From Squalus acanthias (Eukaryota): 64,000 nucleotides of DNA. The stretch is taken from positions 15,564,001-15,628,000 of the forward strand of contig CM059432.1 of the NCBI GenBank assembly GCA_030390025.1, written 5' to 3'. The notes beneath the pieces are model-generated. The model saw nothing but the letters and a program-made list of their open reading frames with translations, did no database searches and was not told where the DNA came from. This document shows positions 23,385 to 36,130 of the stretch, piece by piece. A program made the position numbers and the translations under genes. How positions within the stretch are numbered: the first letter of the stretch is position 1; each line of letters begins with the position of its first letter.

Positions 23385-26300
23385 GACGGGAGGGTTTGCT
23401 AGTGCAGGTGGGGAGGGTTTAAACTAGCTTGGCAGGGGGATGGGAACCTAAGTATAGAGTCAATAGGGAGGGAAGAAAAACTGGAATTGGTAAACAAAAA
23501 CGTAGAAAGTAAATTGGAAGGACAGAGGAATCAAGGGCTAGACAGTAGTCAACAAAGAGGTTTGCTTGTACTAAATGGTATATACTTCAATGCAAGGAGT
23601 ATAGCGAACAAGGCAGATGAGCTGAGGTCACAGGTAGATACTTGGGACTATGATATTATAGCTATTACAGAAAGGTGGCTGAAAGAGGGGCAGGTATGGC
23701 AGCTCAACATTCCTGGTTACAGGACTGTCAGACGGGATAGAAAGGGAGGTAAAAAGGGAGGGGGGGTGGGGTACTGATTAAAGAAACTATTACAGCTGTG
23801 AGGAGGGATGATATATTGGAGGGATCATCAAACGAGGCCATATGGGTCGAATTGAAAAACAAAAAAGGAGCGATCACACTGCTGGGAGTGTACTACAGAC
23901 CCCCAAACAGTAAGAGGGAGATAGAAGAACAAATATGTAGACAAATTTCTGAGAAGTGCAAAAACTATAGGGCAGTTACAGTAGGGGATTTCAACTACCC
24001 CAATATTAACTGGGATAAAATTAGTGTGAAGGGTATAGAAGGTGCGGAATTCCTAAAATGCATCCAGGAGAACTTTTTTAGCCAGTATGTAGCAAGCCCA
24101 ACAAGGGAGGGGTGGTTCTGGACTTAGTTTTAGGGAATGAAGCTGGGCAGGTAGAAGGCATATCAGTGGGGGAGCATTTTGGTGCTAGTGACCATAATTC
24201 TGTTAGATTTAAGGTAGTTATGGAAAAGGACAAGGATAGACCAGGAATAAAAATTCTAAATTGGGGAAAAGCAAATTTTGCTAAGCTCAGAGGGGATTTA
24301 GCCATAGTGGACTGGAAACAGCTACTTGAAGGTAAATCAGTGTCAGAGCAGTGGGAGGCATTCAAGGACAAGATCCGGAGGGTTCAGACCAAACATGTGC
24401 CCTTAAAGAAAAAAGGTGGAACTAACAAATCTAGAGCCCCTGGATGTCTAGAGACATACAGGGTAGGATAAAGAAAAAAAGGGAGAGGTATGACAGATAC
24501 AGAGAGCTAAATACTCCAGAATCTTTAGAGGAGTACAGAAAGTGCAGGGGTGCAATTAAAAATGATATTAGGAAAGCAAAGAGAGAGCATGAAAAATTCT
24601 TGGCAAGTAAAATCAAGGAAAACCCAAAGATGTTTTATAAATATATTAAGAGTAAGAGGATAACTAAAGAAAGGGTAGGGCCTATTAGAGATCATGAGGG
24701 TAATCTGTGTGTGGAGGCGGGAGACGTCGGTAGGGTTCTTAATGAATACTTTGCGTCTGTTTTCACAAAGGAGAGGGGCGAAGCAGACATTGCTATCGGG
24801 GGGAGGAGTGTGAAATATTAGATGAAATAAACATAGTGAGAGAGGAAGTATTAAGGGGTTTAGCAGCTTTAAAAGTGGATAAATCCCCAGGCCCAGATGA
24901 AATGTATCCCAGGCTGTTAAGCGAAGCAAAAGAGGAAATAGCAGAGGCCCTGACCATCATTTTTCAATCCTCTCTGGCTTCAGGTGTGGTGTCGGAGGAC
25001 TGGAGGACTGCTAATGTTTAAAAAGGGAGAAAAGGATAGACCGAGTAATAACAGGCCAGTCAGCCTAACCTCGGTGGTGGGAAAATTATTGGAAAGAATT
25101 CTGAAGGACAGGATAAATCTTCACTTAGAAAGACACGGATTAATCAAGGATAGTCAGCACGGATTTGTTAAGGGAAGATCGTGTCTGACAAACTTGATTG
25201 AATTTTTTGAGGAGGTAACAAGGAGGGTAGATGAGGGTAGTGCGTTTGATGTAGTGTATATGGACCTTAGCAAGGCTTTTGATAAGGTTCCACATGGCAG
25301 ACTGGTCACGAAGTTAAAAGCCCATGGGATTCAGGGAAAAGTGTCAAGTTGGATTCAAAACTGGCTCGGAGACAGGAAGCAGAGGGTAATGGTTGATGGG
25401 TGTTTTTGTGACTGGAAGGCTGTTTCCAGTGGGGTTCCGCAGGGCTCAGTACTAGGTCCCTTGCTTTTTGTGGTACTGTATATATCAGTGATCTAGACTT
25501 GAATATAGGGGGTATGATTAAGAAGTTTGCAGATGATACTAAAATCGGCTGTGTGGTTGATACTGAAGAAGGAAGCTGTAGATTGCAGGAAGATATCAAT
25601 AAATTGGTCAGGTGGGCAGAACAGTGGCAAATGGAATTCAATCCGGAGAAGTGTGAGGTAATGCATTTGGGGAGGGCTAACAAGGAAAGGGAATACACAT
25701 TAAATGGTAGGACACTGAATAGTGTAGAGGAACAAAGGGACCTTGGAGTGCATGTCCACAGATCCCTGAAGGTAGCAGGCCAAGTAGATAAGGTGGTTAA
25801 GAAGGCATACGGAATGCTTGCCTTTATTAGCCGTGGCATAGAATACAAGAGCAGGGGGGTTATGCTTCAACTGTATAAAACACTAGTTAGGCCTCAGCTA
25901 AAGTACTGCGTGCAGTTCTGGTCACCACGTTACAGGAAAGATGTGATTGCACTAGAGAGGGTACAGAGGAGATTTACAAGGATGTTGCCGGGAGTAGAGA
26001 ATCTTAGCTATGAGGAAAGACTGGATAGGCTGGGTCTGTTTTCCTTGGAACAGAGGAGGCTGAGGGGAGACCTTATTGAGGTGTATAAAAGTATGAGGGG
26101 CCTAGATAAAGTGGATAGAAAGGACCTATTTCCCTTAACAGAGGGGTCAAAAACCAGTGGGCACAGATTTAAAGTAATTGGTGGAAGGTTTAGAGGGGAT
26201 TTGAGGGGAAATTTCTTCACCCAGAGGGTTGTGGGGGTCTGGAACTCACTGCCTGAAAGGGTGGTAGAGGCAGGAACCCTAACCACATTTAAAAAGTACT

Positions 26301-26446
26301 TGGATGTGCACTTGGGATGCTCTAACCTGCAGGGCTACGGACCAAGAGCTGGGAAGTGGGATTAGGCTGGATAGCTCTTTGTTGACCGGCACGGACACGA
26401 TGGGCCGAAATGGCCTCCTTCCGTGCTGTAACTAACTTTCTATGAT
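23385..26446 (+). mobile_element. CR1 LINE: last codons of ORF1, complete but frameshifted ORF2, 3' tail
   Basis: ..GEGLN* followed by YFNARS, YYRPP, GDFN, SDHN, DKSPGPD, KAFDKVPH, FADD. Tail GGGCCGAAATGGCC..TTTCTATG. Confidence 0.95.
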
Positions 26447-27194
26447 GTAAAAGAACTGACAGACCCCTCCCGCATCTCCTCACCTACGTCTGTTAATTAT
26501 GGATGACAAAGAATCCATGGGGAGGTATAAATACCAGTATGTGCTGTGTCTAGTTCTTTGGTTTAATGTGTTATTCCATGGATAATATTCTGGAATAAAG
26601 CACCCCAGTGTGAGACTGATTCTGTCATGATGTGTAGACATCTGTTATGGAAATAGAACTTTAATGTTTCTGTAAACCAAGCATAAGCTATGGAATTAAT
26701 CCCACGACACCGAAAATGACTTAAATTAAAAGAATATTGTTCTCTGATCCTATAGTAATTATTTTAATTAAAATGTTATTTTGCAAATATCATGCACAGT
26801 TAAGATTTTACTCACAATAAACTATGCTTCTGTTGTTGATAGAATTAAGCTATTAAGCTATTTTATCATTGTTTGATTCTATATCAGATGAGTCTGCAAT
26901 GCATAAAAGTTTCAAGTGTTTCAGTTTTGGTCACCAACCACCCCACCCAGTCAAACAACCCTTGTTCCCATCGCCAAAGCTTGTATAATTAATCATATTA
27001 ATGCCCCAATGATTTTTCTCCTGGATTGTTCACAGCCCTGTCCAGGAGATTAATCTTTAATTCCTGAAACTCATTGGTGGCCATCCGATACTTTAACATT
27101 ATTTACCTGCAAGCCTAGACAGTGTCAGTAGGCTGTTCAACTGTGAAGGGCATCATAAGTCAGCACGGAAGAAGAGAAGAAGAAGAATTGATTG

Positions 27195-27615
27195 CTTGAT
27201 TGGCACCTCATCCACCACCTTAAACATTCACTCCGGCGTACTGTGGCTGCAGTGTGTACCATCTGCAAGATGCACTGCAGCAACTCGCCAAGGCTTCTTC
27301 GGCAGCACCTCCCAAACCCGCGACCTCTTCCACCTAGAAGGACAAGGGCAGCAGGCGCGTGGGAACACCACCACCTCCAAGTTCCCCTCCAAGTCACTCA
27401 CCATCCTGACTTGGAAGTGCATCGCTGATCCTTCATCGTTGCTGGGTCAAAATCCTGGAACTCCCTCCCTAACAGCACTGTGGGAGTATCTTCACCACAC
27501 GGACTGCAGCGGTTCAAGAAGGCGGCTCACCACCACCTTCTCGAGGGCAACTAGGGATGGGCAATAAATACTGGCCTTGCCAGCGATGCCCACATCCCAG
27601 GGACGAATAAAAAAT
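27195..27615 (+). mobile_element. Family-B LINE 3' end
   Basis: High similarity to 32990-33445. Confidence 0.85.
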
Positions 27616-27942
27616 TTGAGCCTGTGTCCAGGATATTAATCTTTAATTTCTTGGACAATTCTGGAGGATTGGCAGCCCTATATGGCCGTCTGGCAGCAAA
27701 ATGTTCTTCACCTTCAAGCCTAGACAGTCTGAGCAAACTGTTCATCTGTTAGGGGCATCATCGTTGAGCCTGATGCTGTTCATCACTGGATATTGATCAG
27801 AAACGTGAAGCTCGACCAATCTCCTTCCCGCAAGAGCATTAAGGCTAAATGTGGTATATTCACCAGTATGATGGCTGTGTTAACAAAAATCAGCGCAGAT
27901 CATGGATTAAACTCAGCACCTCCCTAGTCTGTATAGTTTAGT

Positions 27943-28162
27943 GGTCATGATGCGGAGATGCCGGTGTTGGACTGGGGTGGACAAAAATGAGAAGTCGCAC
28001 AACACCAGGTTATAGTCCAACAGTTTTATTTGAAATCACAAGCTTTCGGAGCTTACGTGGCCCCTTCCTCAGGTGAAGGAAGGGGCCACGTAAGCTCCGA
28101 AAGCTTGTGATTTCAAATAAAACTGTTGGACTATAACCTGGTGTTGTGCGACTTCTCATTTT
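27943..28162. mobile_element. Fold-back Penelope family 1 insertion with 13-bp TSD and a hammerhead on the - strand
   Basis: Perfect inverted arms of about 85 bp. TGTATAGTTTAGT at 27930-27942 and 28163-28175. The - strand reads TCAC-CTGAGGA-A-GGGGC..GCTCC-GAAA-GCTT-GTGA. Confidence 0.9.
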
Positions 28163-29004
28163 TGTATAGTTTAGTACAGCGAAACCTCCATCAAATAAAA
28201 AAATTGTTGCGCATATTTAATTCCACCCGCCACCCCCACCCCCGTTTGCTAGGGAGAAACAGAAATGCTATTCGAGTAATAATGGATGTATATTTGTATT
28301 TGCTCGGGCTTTCCAAACTGTAAGACTTGAGAGAGTCACAACTACTCATTTATATTCTTTTTAAAAGATAATTAGTCACAGATAACAATAGTTTGAGCAA
28401 ACGCTGTTCAGAATACCTAAATGTCCTTTTCGACACTGATTCCATCACAGTCCTGTGCAATGAATAGGTTCTGAGAATTACATTTTTACAAATGAATCTG
28501 TTTCCATTGTCTAATGGTTGATTTGTGAAGTGGTGTCTATCAGTACATTGTTATTTTAAACAAGACACTGCAGTGTATCAGACGCCTTCACCAGTCTACA
28601 GCTGGATAGTCTACATTTTTAACCTCGTCTCCAGGTCTTTAGATTAGTTAACCAGATGTCCTGGTTTTGTGTATAGGTTTATAAAGAGTCTCTTAGTGCA
28701 GCGAGGATTATTCATGCTGGGGGTTTTACTTCATTTCAGTCTTAGTGCTGGACTGAAATTCTTCCATGGCATCTTGAATGCCTGTCTTGACTCTTCCTTG
28801 CAGGGTTCAATGAAAATGTCTAGCCCAGATTGCCATTTAAAATCTGCGAGGGAGCTCCCTTGTGGCCAAATGCACATGTGCTCCTTAAGAGTACAGAATA
28901 GGAAGGTCTCAGGTTCAATTTCAAGTCTGTGCTGAGTTAGCTGATCTCACCCGGGGCAGCTTCTATGGAGCTACAGTTGGTCCCTTGCTACCTCCCTCCT
29001 TTTA

Positions 29005-30992
29005 GAAGAATCTTACAGCATAGAAGGAGGCCATTCAGCCCATCGTGCCTGTGCTGGCTCTTTGAAAGCTATCCAATTAGTCCCACTGGCTTGCTCTTTT
29101 CACATAGCCCTGCAGGTTTCTGCCCTTCAAGTATACATCCAATTCCCTTTTGAAAGTTACTATTGAATCTGCTTCCCCACCCTTTCAGGCAGCGCATTCA
29201 TAGAATCATAGAATGATTACAGCACGGAAGAAGGCCATTCGGCCCGTTGAGCCCGTGCTGACTCTCAGCTCGTCCCACTCCCCCACCCTTTCCCCGTAGC
29301 CCTGCAAATTTTTTTCCTTCAAATACTTATCCAACTCCCTTTTGAAAGATAAGATTGAGTCTGCCTCCACCACCCTTTCAGGAAGTGAATTCCAGATCTT
29401 AACCACTCGCTGCATAAAAAAGTTTTTTCTTACGTCGCCTTTGGTTCTTTTGCCAATCACCTTAAATCTGTGTCCTCTTGTTCTCGACCCTTCTGCCAAT
29501 GGGAACAGTTTCTCTCTATCTACTCTGTCCAGACCCCTTATGATTTTTAACATCTCTATCAAATCTCCTCCCAATCTTCTCTGCTCCAAGGAGAACAACC
29601 CCAGCTTTTCCAGTCTATCAACGTAACTGAAGTCCCTCATCCCTGGAATCATTCTCGTAAACCTTTTCTGCACCTTCTCTAAGGCCTTCACATCCTTTCT
29701 AAAGTGTGGTGCCCAGAATTGGACACAATACTCCAGTTGGGGCCGAACCAGTGTTTTATACAGGTTCATCATAATTTCCACACTTTTGTACTCTATACCT
29801 CTATTTATGAAGCCCAGGATCCCGTAAGCCTTTTTAACTGCTTTCTCAACCTGCCCTGCCACCTTCAATGATTTGTGCACACATACCCCCAGGTCTCTCT
29901 GTTCGTGCACCCCCTTCAGGATTGTACCATTTAGTTTATATGTCCTCTCCCCATTCTTTCTACCAAGATGTATCACTTCACACTTTTCTGCGTTAAATTT
30001 CATCTGCCACGTGTCCGCCCATTTCACTAGCCTGTCTATGTCTTCCTGAAGTATATCACTCTCCTCCTCACTGTTCACTATACTTCCAAGTTTTGTGTCA
30101 TCTGCAAATTTTGAAATTGTGCCCTGTACACCCAAGTCCAAGTCATTAATATATATCAAGAAAAGCAGTGGACCTAGAACCGACCCCTGGGGAACACCAC
30201 TGTATACCTTCCTCCAGTCCAAAAAACAACCGTTCACCACTACTCTCTGTTTCCTGTCACTTAGCTGTGCTGCCACGGTCCCTTTTATTCCATGGGCTTC
30301 AACTTTGCTGGCAAGCCTATTATGTGGCACGTTGGCGAACGTCTTTTGGAAGTCCATGTACACCACATCAACCGCATTACCCTCATCAACCCTCTCCGTT
30401 ACCTCATCAAAAAACTCGATTAAGTTGGTTAAACACGATTTGCCTTTAACAAATCCATACTGGCTTTCCCTAATTAATCAACACCTATCCAAGTGACAGT
30501 TAATTTTGTCCCTGATTTACTGTTTCTAAAAGCTTCCCCACTACCGAGGTTAAACTGACTGGCCTGTAATTGCTGGGTTTATCTTTACACCCTTTTTTGA
30601 ACAATGGTGTAACATTTGCAATTCTCCAGTCCTCTGGCATCACCCCCGTATGGAGGATTGGTATATTATGGCTGGTACCTCCGCGATTTCCTCCCTCAAT
30701 TTCCTCAGCATCCTAGGATGCATCCCAGGATGCATCCCATCCGCTCCTGGTGACTTATCTACTTTAAGTACAGCCAGCCTTTCTAATACCTCCTCTTTAT
30801 CAATTTTTATGCTATCCAGTATCTCCATTATCCTCCTATACTATGTCTATGGCAGCATCCTCTTCCTTGGTGAAGACAGATGCAAAGTACTCGTTTAGTA
30901 CCTTAGCCATACCCTCTGCCTCCATGCATAGGTCTCCTTTTTGGTCCCTAATTGGCCCCACCCCTCCTCTTACTTCCTTTTTACTATTTATT
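29005..30992 (-). mobile_element. 5'-truncated CR1 (29198-30992) adjoining a second CR1 tail remnant (29005-29197)
   Basis: 386-aa RT ORF 29206-30366 and (ATTCTATG)n tail near 29198. Confidence 0.92.
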
Positions 30993-31748
30993 CTAAAAAC
31001 CTTGCTCATTGACTGTAGGTCCAAACTAACGCCTCAATTACCTCCTTTTTCCTGCTTGGTGTCTTGTTAAGTGCAAGTACTCCTGTGTATTTCAGCATTC
31101 TCAGAAGTTTCTTTTACGGAAGAAGCACTATTTAAATACATGTTGTCGTATTTAAAGCCTGTTGGAAGCCAAGGATCACTGACACAGTTGGAACATTGAA
31201 ACAAAACCTCGGAAAGAATTTCCACACAACACTGACAATAGGAATAAGACAAAAAATCCAATTTCCCATGTGTGTCTGGATATCATATTAAGGTCGACAT
31301 TCTCATTCGCTAGAAATTATTTACGCTTTCAATTGCATTGGGCCTGGGATGCTGAACTGGTTGGTGCTGTTACTCGCTTTTTCTATCATTTGGTGCAATA
31401 ATGTTTCATGACTTCAGCCTGTGTAAACTAAAGTGACAGGATGTGAAGCTGCACATTAGAGAACTGTGGCTTCCACAGGTCGAAGGTCAAGGGTCAAGAT
31501 TTCACCTCCGTGATATGCACCCAGGCAAATTCACTGCAACCCGCAAAACTTTGGCAGGGCCATATTTGGTGCTGGCCTCAGTTGTAGCTGTTTGGAATGG
31601 TGCCACCCATTTTACCATGACATATTCCAAATGTTACTGGCTGGGGAGAGTAGCTTCCGTGTGCCACGCTTCCCTTTTTAGTCTTGTCACTCATGCTGGG
31701 CTCTGCAATGCAGCATGGAGAAAAATCCAGTTACTTCATAGAATGTAA

Positions 31749-32521
31749 GGGCTGGATTTTGTCTTGGGGTCGGGTTGGGGTCGTGTAATCCGCATTTTGT
31801 GTTTCCCCCCCGACTCCAGATTAATGTGGATGAATGATGCAATTTTCACTTAATTGGGCAATTGAGTTCCAGCATGTGGGAACCCATGAACCAATTAGTG
31901 GTTTCAGTCTGAAAGTCGCCTCTGATGATGTCATCATTGCTGACTGCCTAGTCTCAGAGACTGTTGGTGAGAGAGGACCTGCCTGGCTTGCTTTTGATGT
32001 GAGTGGACCTGGATGCAAAATATGGGGGGGGGGGGGAGGAGAAGGGAGAGAGAGAGAGAGAGAGAGATTTTTTTGCATCCAAGTCCTCTCACAGCAAAGG
32101 CCAGGCAGTCTCTGAACACATTCAATGCAGCAGCGGCGACTTTCAGACCTAATACTACTACTACCTTCATCACATCTCCGTTGTAATAGTGGACCTGCAG
32201 CTGATAGTCAGCTGTCCACTTGTGCTCCCGCCAGGTTTCACTGGAGTGTTTCACACCAGGCGTACTTCACGTCAGAAAAGGGTTAAACTAGCTAAAACGT
32301 TTCAAAATGGCATTACAGAGCCAATGTAGAGCTTGTTAAGGGCTTTAATGGCCTCTCCCGCCTCTTGGAGGTGGGACGGAGTCGGGAACCCCGCGACTGA
32401 TTTTGTCAAAATTGCGTGGAGGCGGGATGGAGTCGGGATGGGGTCGGAAACCCTGACCCCGCAAATTTAACCCCCCACACGCCTCCAAACCCGACTCCAT
32501 GGGTCATTCAAAATCCATCCC
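31749..32521. mobile_element. Non-autonomous Harbinger element
   Basis: TIR GGGCTGGATTTTG / CAAAATCCATCCC (1 mismatch) and TSD TAA. Both subterminal regions resemble the ends of the full Harbinger copies. Confidence 0.88.
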
Positions 32522-32989
32522 TAAGTGTGGGCACCGGCCCCTGGCATTTATCTTGCTGAAAGTGGCTGCCTTAACCAACGGCACCTTCAGAAACCACAGT
32601 ACTACGGTGCCAGTGGTTCCACAACTACCGGGGCCATTCGTATTCTGGAGTATATATGTTAAGGAGATTTGTTCTTCTCTTGTAGGCTGAATCCTGTGTT
32701 ACAAAACCTGCTGGTACTTAACTCTTCATCTATGATTTATAAAGATTGCAACAGTAAAATTACAACAGTGACTGCACTTCAAAAGCACGTCATTGGCTGT
32801 GAAGCACGTTGTGACGGCCTGGGGCCGTGAAAGGCGCTATATAAATGCAAGGTTTTTTTTATGATACAAGGAAGATCATCCAAGAAGTGAGGCGTAATGG
32901 GGATATGAGATGTATGTAGAATAATTCTGTTAGTAGGCAACCTCTTCAGCTCTTTTCCCTCGAATAGATTTCCCTAATTTAAGTTGAAT

Positions 32990-33445
32990 GAAGGACAAAG
33001 CAGCCCGCTTGATTGGCACCCCATCCACCACCTTAAACATTCACTCCCTCCACCACCAGCGTACCGTGGCTGCAGTGTGTACCATCTACAAGATGCACTG
33101 CAGCAACTCGCCAAGGCTTCTTCAGCAGCACCTCCCGAACCCGCGACCTCTACCACCTAGAAGGACAAGGGCAGCAGGCGGTTGGGAACACCACCACCTC
33201 CAAGTTCCCCTCCAAGTCACACACCATCCTGACTTAGAAGCATATCGCCATTCCTTCATCGTCGCTGGGTCAAAATCCTGGAACTCCCTCCCTAACAGCA
33301 CTCTGGGAGTACCTTCACCACATGGACTGCAGCGGTTCAAGAAGGCGGCTCACCACCACCACCTTCTCGAGAGCAATTAGGGATGGGCAATAAATGCTGG
33401 CCTTGCCAGCGACGCCCGCATCCCATAAACGAATATTTAAAAAAA
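32990..33445 (+). mobile_element. Family-B LINE 3' end
   Basis: DKAARLIGTPSTTLNIHSLHH..KSWNSLP plus tail. Confidence 0.88.
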
Positions 33446-34519
33446 CCATAGAATTGCAGTAAAATGGTAAAATGGCAGGCTGTTGAACATTGTGTGGCTG
33501 TAACATCTGCTGATGTCTGTATTGCTGAGCTAGGTTCACCCTCTCAATCCCGAGGTTCATGTCTGGAAATGCACGGGTCTGAATACATTTCAATTCAGAG
33601 TTGAAAGGATTCATTAGTTTTGCTGACGTTCAAAAAAATAAATCAACCAAAGGTGAGCATTCAGCACGTCTGTTTCTTTATTAAAATAATTCTCCTCTCG
33701 GCTGATGCAGGTAGAAAGCCGAGACCCTCTGAAACCCTGTGCCCTTTGCCTCAGGAAATTTCTCTTGAGCTGTGCTAATCTAGTTCACACAGCAAAACCT
33801 TCCATGTCTGAGTGTCTAGGTTTAGGAATCTAACTGCTTCTGTGCCCATGGGTTTTTAATTTTAGGTATGAGATTCAACTTATACTTCTTTCCCCATTCT
33901 TTTCAAGTCAACTTTAGAACTACGAACAAGGGAAGGGAAGCCACAGACAGTCAATTCTGTTCAAACAGACATAAAGGGCAGGTCGGGAGGTGACTGCGCT
34001 GGTGACAGGTTTTTTTTTGCTGTCATTGCTATGTTTCCCCCCCCCCCCTCCCCCCTGTTTGTGAAGCAACAGACCGCAGTATATAAGTGAATAAATCTAA
34101 ATGTGGCTCTGAGCATAAATGGGATATAATGCTCCGATTTAAACAGCAGAGCTGTTTCTCCCCTGCCCTGGGACTCCCAATACTGTGGAATCTGCCCCAT
34201 TTACATTCCAGGGTGGAATCCACAGCATCAGCATCAACAGATAAGCAACTGCACAGACGCAAGATTATCTACATCGGCGGTTACAGAACATGAGAAAAGT
34301 CAGGGATGAGAAAAGGTGCTTGAAAGTTAAAATTCGCAACTTTAGCTTCGGGCCAGAAAATCTTCCACCGATGGCTGGGGAAGGTCTGTACAGATGAACA
34401 GTGGAACAATCTTATCACTGTCCGGGCCAACTGCACGCATACTGTGTTCTTAACCAGAAGAAAAACTGCAGCTGCCATGGGAAGCCTTGTTGCTCATATT
34501 TTGTATATTTAGCATTAAC

Positions 34520-35060
34520 AGCCAAGGCACAAGTCAGGAGTGTGATGGAATACTCTCCACTTGCCTGGATGAGTGCAGCTACAACAACACTCAAGAAGTT
34601 CCACATCATCCAGGACAAAGCAGCCTGCATGATCAGCACTCCACCCACTACCTTAAACATTCACTCCCTCCACCACCAGGTTACAGTGGCTGCAGTGTGT
34701 ACAATCTACAAGATGCACTGCAGCAACTCGCCGAGGCTTCTTCGGCAGCACCTCCCGAACCCGCGACCTCTACCACCTAGAAGGACAAGGGCAGCAGGCG
34801 CATGGGAACACCACCACCTCCAAGTTCCCCTCCAAGTCACACACCATCCTGACTTAGAAGTATATCGCCGATCCTTCATCGTCACTGGGTCAAAATCCTG
34901 GAACTCCCTCCCTAACAACACTATGGGAGTACCTTCACCACACGGACTGCAGCGGTTCAAGAAGGTGGCGCACCACCACCTTCTCAAGGGCAATTAGGGA
35001 TGGGCAATAAATGCTGGCCTTGCCAGCGACGCCCACATCCCGTGAATGAATAAAACAAAA
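34520..35060 (+). mobile_element. Family-B LINE 3' end
   Basis: KAQVRSVMEYSPLAW..HHHLLKGN* plus tail. Confidence 0.88.
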
Positions 35061-35214
35061 CAGCACTGCTACCTGAGGAGTACTGAAAGAAATCACCTCT
35101 TCAGTGCTGCCACTGAAGTCAGGGCTACTATCAGCAGTGGTACTGTAATGTAAAAGTAATACAGGCAGTACTCTGCTTAAGTTAAGCTTTGGTACCTAAC
35201 CCAGCAGCACTGGA

Positions 35215-35630
35215 GCTCAGGGTCAACTTAACTCAGTTGATAATACTCTCATTTCTGAGTTAGAAAGTATGGGCTCAAGCCCCACTCCACGACTGAGCAC
35301 ATAATCCGAACGGACACTTTAATGCAGCACCGTTTGATTGGTGGTGCGGTTTCTCAGGTGAGATGTTAAACTGAGGCCCACACTCCCCTCTCCCACTGTC
35401 AACTCAGTCAGACATAAGAGAGTAGGGAGTTCTCCTGGTATTGATACCAACATTCTTCCCTCAATCATTACCATCAAAAACAAATAACCCGGTCATTCAT
35501 TCATTTGCTGTTTGTGGAGCCTTGCTGTGCACCAATTGGCTGCTGTCTTTGCCGACAACAAGAGCGACTGCTCTTCAAAAGTAATCCACCAGCTGTAATG
35601 AGCTTTAAGATGTCCTAGGATGCCAAATAA
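35215..35630 (+). mobile_element. Degenerate Deu-domain SINE (a further tail fragment at about 35720-35895)
   Basis: Diverged match to the SINE at 36660-37117 in the opposite orientation. Confidence 0.6.
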
Positions 35631-36040
35631 ATTCAAATGAGTTGGTTTGTTCTTACCTACATCAAGACATCAATGTCACCCAGATTGTTGTTTAGAGCGA
35701 AACTAATTGACCAATGTCAAATGAAGATTAACTGGTCATTCATTTTGTTGTTTTTTTTAGGATCTTGCTGTCTACAAAATGGCTGTCATGTTTGCTTACA
35801 TAACAAAAGTGACTGCACTTGAAAGTAATTAGATGAAATGGTTTGAGACATTCCTGAGAAACGTGAGAAGGAGCTATAAAATGCAAGTGTTTCTTTTCTA
35901 TTGATGTAGCCATGTATTATTTAGTTTACTATCTGCATTTATGGGCAATCGTCTTTGTCCCAGACTAATCTTGAAATAAGCCAGATCCCACAAATTCACA
36001 ACATCCACAGCATACATTAAACCAGAAATCCAAGAACTTA

Positions 36041-36130
36041 TACAATAGCAAAATACTGAAACGTTAACTCTGTTTCTCTCTCCACGGATGCTGCCTGGCC
36101 TGCTGAGTTTTTCCAGCGTTTTCTGTTGTT
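36041..36130 (+). mobile_element. Very short Penelope family 2 insertion with 14-bp TSD
   Basis: GAAACGTTAACTCTGTTTCTCTCTCCAC..GATGCTGCC matches the reverse complement of 49155-49224. AATCCAAGAACTTA at 36027-36040 and 36131-36144. Confidence 0.85.

Noticed and set aside
20520..26446. Divergent CR1 pair resembling a twin-primed 5' inversion
   Set aside because: The two halves overlap in ORF2 coverage, each has its own tail, and they belong to different families, so they are independent insertions.
27943..28162. Long hairpins as miRNA genes, terminators or CRISPR repeats
   Set aside because: They are explained by inverted Penelope ends with TSDs. There is no repeat-spacer array, and the DNA is eukaryotic.
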